Shown in pieces: positions 57,777 through 64,000 of a stretch of DNA of 64,000 bases. The stretch comes from Octopus vulgaris (Eukaryota): assembly GCA_951406725.2 (NCBI GenBank), contig OX597818.1:117862001-117926000 (forward strand), in the 5' to 3' direction. The notes beneath the pieces are model-generated. The model made no database searches. It was not told where the DNA came from and saw nothing but the letters and a program-made list of their open reading frames with translations. Within the stretch, counting starts at the first letter, position 1; each line of letters begins with the position of its first letter. The position numbers were made by a program, and so were the translations under genes.

Positions 57777-58754
57777 TATTTATCCTACTGAACCCCCGTG
57801 GCCATATGATGTTTAAAAAAGGATCCTATTCTATTTTTAATAATTTAATATCATTAGGAATTGCACTTAAAATTGTTAGAATTTATTGTGTATTGTAAGT
57901 GTATTGTGTTTATTGTGTACTTATACAAGTATAAGTAAGTTATTGCACATACATTTAAAAAAAATAGTATATGGACCCCAGAAAGGCGATATGGGCCCTG
58001 GTTGAGAACTTCTGTTTTAAAAACATCTACCTTGTGTACAGAAACGAGCAGGTTATAAATGTAAGCGATTGGAATATATTAGATAATATCTCTGGCAAGA
58101 GTAATCGTAGATTTTTCTCTAGAGTTCGAGTTTTAAGATTCCACCGATTGCTTTATTCACAATCAAATGAAAATATTGGTAATTAATACAACTGAACTCG
58201 GAGACATTCAAATTGTTCTTATGCAATTACAAAATCAAGAAAAGTAAGCATTGTGATGGGGAGTATATTGTATGAGGGGCACTTAACTGCTTTTACTAGG
58301 AAATACTTCATTGGCTTGCTAACGAAGTTTGTTTACATCATTTGCACACTCACAGTTCACTATAATAGTTCGTGAAACTAATAACTGAGTCTGAAAGAGC
58401 TTAAATGTTGAAGCTGGGTTAATTATACGTAGATGTTTCTCTTTGTATTTAATCATTTCATTTTATATGAGCATATCTGAAATAAACTCGACAGTTCTCA
58501 CAAACGAGAATACGAAAAATGAAGTCGACTGCTCTAAAAAATTAAGTAAAACAACAAGAAAAATAATCCAGATCCTTGTCCGGATCTACTCAGTTCATGC
58601 CATTCATGAGGCTAAACATCCTAAAAGTTTCATCCGAATCCATTCATCGATTCTTGAGATATCTTGTCCACAGACAAACGAAAACAGAAACAAACAAACA
58701 AAACTGAACATTATACTTCCGCCTTAGCGAAAGTGGAAGTAATAATGTCCATCA

Positions 58755-58962
58755 TACGGAGGTGTTCTGAAATATTCCTGGCTTTGTGTAAAAAAACAAC
58801 ATACTGGAGGATTAGTTAGATATGATTTTATTCAACATATTCCCCTTTTAGATTCATACTTATCGCAGCGGTTCTTCTCAGTACCGTAATAAAAATTGTA
58901 AGGTTGGGCCACCAGCTAGGCCTTTCGCGATAGCCTTAAGGACGGGTACTTCTCAGCACCCT
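58755..58962. mobile_element. Mariner-derived MITE relic
   Basis: tacggaggtgttctgaaatattcc versus ggtacttctcagcaccct imperfect TIRs. Confidence 0.5.
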
Positions 58963-59380
58963 TTCCTATTTCAGTAGTAAGTAAAACAAGATAAATATAA
59001 TAAATATTAGAAAAAATACAAAAGATAAAACATTGTTGAAATAGCAAAGGTGTAATACATAGAATGATGCACTCATTCGCCATTTCGCAGTCATTGCTTA
59101 CATTTCTTTCAATGTCGCCAATCTCGTTTACTTCGTACTGCACCGGTTTCTTGCACACACTTAAACAGAACAAAAAAATAATACCAAAGAAAGGTGTCTC
59201 GCACTTGCTACACCTCTCTCTCACCCACACGCTTTCTTCTTATATTTCTTCGACACAAACGCTCACAAGACTTTAACACAAACACACATCAATATGCACA
59301 CACTTTCATACATACATATATACACATACATGTACATATATGTATATATATATTAGTACATATATTCACATATATATTAC

Positions 59381-59435
<55 letters not shown>

Positions 59436-59464
59436 TGTATCTATACATTACACTGTCTCTCTCT

Positions 59465-59504
<40 letters not shown>

Positions 59505-60210
59505 GCACTACGCGTGCACTTATATATGAGTTGGTTTTTATGTATGTATGTGTACAAATTTAGTTGTGGGTGTATATGTACGTAAATACGATTGTTAATT
59601 TTTTTATCGTCTCAGAGGGACTGTTCTATAACAGTGGGAAAAATCGCACACAAAAAGTCTCTCGATAATAACTAAGCCATTTCAAATGTTCCATCAACAA
59701 TTTCCTCATTTCTTTTAATACCCAATCAACAGTATGGCATTGATATTGGATATATGTTCAGTGTCGCCTTAACGGAAATTTAAAATGTCTGTCGGTTTTG
59801 TTGTTCAGCGAGATTTCTAAAGTGCTTTCAAGCCTTTTACTTCTGCTGCGGTATGCGACATTTCACATATATACATACGTATGTATGCATACATATATGT
59901 ATGTATGCATGTATGTATGTATGTATGTATGTATGTATGTATGTATGTATGTATGTATGTATGTATGCATGTATGTAAATCCGTATGTATGTATATCTAT
60001 CTGTATATATATATATATATTCACAAACGTGTGTATATGTATATATATCTATACGTATATACCTGCATATATGCGCACATACACACCCACAAACACAATG
60101 TATATGTATTATTCTTCAATTCCTTTCAATGTCTTTACTGCTTTCTGTAATATTACAATTTGCAATATCATATATGAAATATTTTTCATGTACACACATA
60201 TGTGTATATG

Positions 60211-60271
<61 letters not shown>

Positions 60272-60459
60272 TGGGAAAGTTTAAGAAAAACACAAAAGAT
60301 GAAGACAGGTGGTGTACAAAACAAACAGATGTATTAGTATAACGCTCAGGAATAGAAAAAGTATTTTACGTTTGGACAGAAAGGTACACTGAAAAAAAAA
60401 CAAGGAGAGAAACAAGGAGAGTAAAAATGTGTGTAGTGGCTAACGATCTATCATGGCGA

Positions 60460-60462
<3 letters not shown>
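60272..60462 (-). mobile_element. Family H1 copy lacking hammerhead stem II
   Basis: Reverse homologue of 13300-13497; reads ctttCTGTcc-AAACGTAaaatac. Confidence 0.7.
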
Positions 60463-60507
<45 letters not shown>

Positions 60508-60585
60508 CGTTTTATTTGAGAATAGTTTTGTTATATATGTGTATTTTAGTTATATATATGATGCATTGATGCATACACATGTATG

Positions 60586-60630
<45 letters not shown>

Positions 60631-61199
60631 ACAGATCCACACACACTGACATACACACATTTTCGCGTGTCATTCTTCAAACACTACTTCCTCTATAGAC
60701 AAATGAAAATGTGACACAATATGAAAATTGTTTCCTTTTTTACACTGCGGCAACATTCATGATGATCATATTGAAAACAAACATTACTTATTAAATGTTT
60801 AAGTTTTATCCTTCCATACACCAACTTTTGCAAAGCCGAATTCTGCCATGATATCGAATCGTACATAAATATACAGGAGGAAAACATGAAGACACATTCA
60901 ACGTACAGATTTCCTATATACATTTGTCTTATTTTTAATTGTAGTAATTTAAATTATTTAGATATATAAAAATGGCACTGTTTTTTTTAATGTCTTACAT
61001 TGCGAATTTTATATACGTATTTATTCTGATATATTATTTTAATTTAAACTCTATACATATTTCGTTTTTGGATTTGGTTTGCAAGATTCCTTATATGAGT
61101 TCGTGTGTTGAAGCATATTCTGTTGTGTCTGGGCAAAGTCATTTTCTTTTTGTGCCTTATAATTTAACACACTCACCCGAAAAATTTCCACTTATTTCT

Positions 61200-61626
61200 T
61201 AGCCATATTGAGATGGCTTACTTTACATTGTCGAGCGGTTAATGTTTACATCTCATTCAGAGATTTAATAATGCTTGCAGACAGTCTTTCGAAATCAGTG
61301 ACGGAAGTTACTAGAAAAACACATATATTTGCATACAGGCCTTCCCTTTCATCGTAATCTGGTGATTACCGCCCGTTGACAAAAGGCAACAACCTCGAAA
61401 CTGCAGCCCGTGCGTATCACTTAGGCTTACGAGAAAGGGATGGCCTCCCTTTGCAAATAACATTAGGGCACAGATATTGTGCCTAAAGCCAGCTGGAGAC
61501 GATGATCTCCTGGGGCTAAAAGCTACAGTAACACCCACCCATTGTGGTTAGCCATATTGAGATGGCTATTATACTTTACATTGTCGAGCGGTTACTGTTT
61601 ACATCTTGTTCAGAGATTTAATAATC
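61200..61626 (+). mobile_element. Family H4 element with partial-tandem terminal repeat; hammerhead-like motif 61371-61413
   Basis: 61200-61272 repeated at 61549-61625; gcccg-TTGACAA-aagg(caacaa)cctc-GAAAC-tgca-GCC-cgtgc. Confidence 0.7.
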
Positions 61627-61642
61627 CTTAATTTTTATTTTC

Positions 61643-61679
61643 CTAAAATTTTCGTTGCGTCTAGCAACCTTTTCAATAG
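61643..61679 (-). ncRNA. Minimal hammerhead-like motif (U3-A8 core) of another family (H5)
   Basis: cta-TTGAAAA-g-gttgc(tagac)gcaac-GAA-AATT-T-tag. Confidence 0.5.
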
Positions 61680-62629
61680 TTTTGTGTGTGTCCGTTATTT
61701 ACACTGCGTACACTTTTGTTTGTTTGTGCGCATGTGTGTGGGTCAGTGTGTGTGTGTGTGTGTGTGAGCCTGTGTGTGTGCGTGTGTGTGTATGTGTGTG
61801 TGTGCCTATACATGCATGCATGTACGTATGTATGTATGTGGGTGTTTGCATGTGTACGTATGTAAAAGGCACAAAAAGAAAATGACTCTCTATACATTGT
61901 TACCTTAAAATAAACGATCTGGAAATTTTTCCAAATAATTTCTCTGTATGAATAGCAAGAGTCTACATGTTTTTGAAGTGCTCTGTGATAGAAATTTCCT
62001 ACTGTTCAAGAAATCTGTATAGATGAAATCTACTTTCTTTCACATTTGGTTTGCAAATTTTGAATACACTTTGATAATAGTTTAAAAGAATCCTTACGGA
62101 TTATTTCGCAGAATACATTATTATCTTTCTGTTATTAATTATTTTTTCTAAATGCATTGCTAATTAATCTGCAAACCATTCCAGCTTGAAATTTATCTTT
62201 CCATTCCACAATTGTAAGCAGTTTTAGAATATAAATTCCTTATAACAAAAGTTCCCATATGTATTATTGAATTGCATGTTTCTGGGAGGTTACTGAACAT
62301 ATTATAGGTCAGATCATTCCATGTAAAACTGATACCTGTTTCAGCATTTGATTCAGTAAGACGGTTAAGAGGATTTAATGTTGAATCAAGTAATAACGGT
62401 CTTAATTATAAATGATTTAGTGGTAAAGCATTAATAGATATAGCTGTGCTCCTGGCAAGCCTCTTTTATTATCAGGGATTTGGGAATTATCGGTAAGCAC
62501 AAAATAACTAACAAGATTTATCCATAAATAAGTTATATAATCAGATTCTTTATCCATTGAGCGTTATGTGTACAATTGCTAATACCCCAAAGATTCGCCG
62601 TAATTTTCAGTTAGTCATTGTTATTTAAA

Positions 62630-62870
62630 GTGGAGGCGCGTGGCTTAATGTTTAGGGTGTCAGCATCATAATCGTAAGATTGTGGTTTCGATTCCTGGAC
62701 TGGGCGACGCGTTGTGTTCTTGAGCAAAACACTTCATTTCACTTTGCTCCTGTCCACTCAGCTGGCAAAAATGAGTAATGCGGCGATGGACTGGCGTCTC
62801 GTCCAGCTGGGGAACACATGCGCCATTGAAACCGGGAACCTGGATAGGCTTTAAAAGGGCGCATTTATTT
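62630..62870 (+). mobile_element. SINE family E
   Basis: tRNA-like head gtggaggcgcgtggcttaatgtttagg and B box gtttcgattcc. Confidence 0.85.
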
Positions 62871-64000
62871 ATTATAGTTATTTAAACATTTTATAGCGTA
62901 CCTTCTCTGATTCTATCAAGAAACTGTGCTCCTCCTGAAAAAAAATCTTTTTTGCCAGAATTTCATCCGTTCGAATTTTCACATACAGTGTCCCTTCCTT
63001 AGTTCTTTTTCATTGTTAAAATATTAAGCACTACTACTTTTATGAAGAGTCATTCATTTATAATAACAAAGTCATCCTCTTACTTCGGTTGTTGTTTTTA
63101 CGCAAGCTTTCATTTTGTTTTCCTCAAAAGCAAGACACTCGTATTCTTCGTTCATTTAGACTTGAATTTCTTTACAGTGGAACTTTCTGGGCATTGAAGT
63201 TCAGTTGGTCCGTCTTGCATTTCGATTCTACATTTTTGCAGAAGCTTCCAGAAGAAATCCGTCTATCATTTTCCTGCATTCAAATTTCATTTGGTCATAC
63301 ATTGCATGGTATATTTCTTCCGTGTCGCGATGATCAAAATTATTGTCATTCAATTTAAATCCTAGCTTTTGTATTATTTCTCGAACGTATCTTCGCTCCT
63401 TGCGGTTTTCCTGATCTTCAGATTATTTGAACTTTGCCTGGTATTAACTTCGCATAGCATAGTTTGTAGTTATTTGTCAGCATGCTTCAAAATATGATCA
63501 GTCTTGAAATATAGTTTGTAATCCAATGGTTGCTAATGTCCTTTTAATTTAGGAACACAATCTTGGCATGTTTCAATAATACATTTCCTTGCTCTGCTTG
63601 CCTTTATGCTAAATCTTATTCGAGAATATTGAATTTATATTTCAATATAATTGTTGTATATTTACACTGACCCGGTTTGAAAGGTTTCTTATTTCTTTAC
63701 TTTTCTGGGAATTCTCGGCAAACGATAGAACTCAACTCACATTTTCATAGTAAGTTTTAAAAAAAATATATTTAATTACTTCAGAAAACCTGCGTTTAAA
63801 ACTTAAATAAAAATTTCCAATTTTGGAAGCATTTGCGTTTAAAAGAATAGCACGCAATTACGAATAAAATTCAAGAAATTTCACGCAAATTATATTTAAA
63901 ATAAAGCATAAAATATTCTATAAATTTTGAGCTGTGGCACCACCTTTAAGAGTTTTAAGCCAAATTAACTGACTCCAGTACCTCCAAGACTTATTATTTA

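Overview
This is AT-rich, microsatellite-dense eukaryotic DNA with no host gene I can support. The SINE repertoire looks like an octopod cephalopod (Octopus-like; inference). Almost all ORF-track hits are translated simple repeats or SINE text. The coding relics are all transposon-derived: a Tx1/L1-clade LINE in (TATC)n, a near-complete CR1-group APE+RT ORF2 in (TA)n, a second CR1-like RT 3' fragment, an R4/Dong-like RLE LINE in (TAA)n, RTE 3' ends and a mariner-like transposase relic. There are about 30 copies of five tRNA-type SINE families. The most notable signal is a set of short (about 150-450 bp) non-coding elements, mostly in or beside (TA)n tracts, carrying at least nine minimal type-I hammerhead ribozyme motifs from about six sequence families. 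These show covarying stems, palindromic helix III and Penelope-like terminal inversions; one has a tRNA-derived Pol III head. The CR1 LINE shares its 3' tail with two SINE families. Region 49.3-58.1 kb shows locally templated duplications patched into (TA)n tracts. No ribozyme activity or transcription is shown by the sequence alone, and family assignments are by eye.
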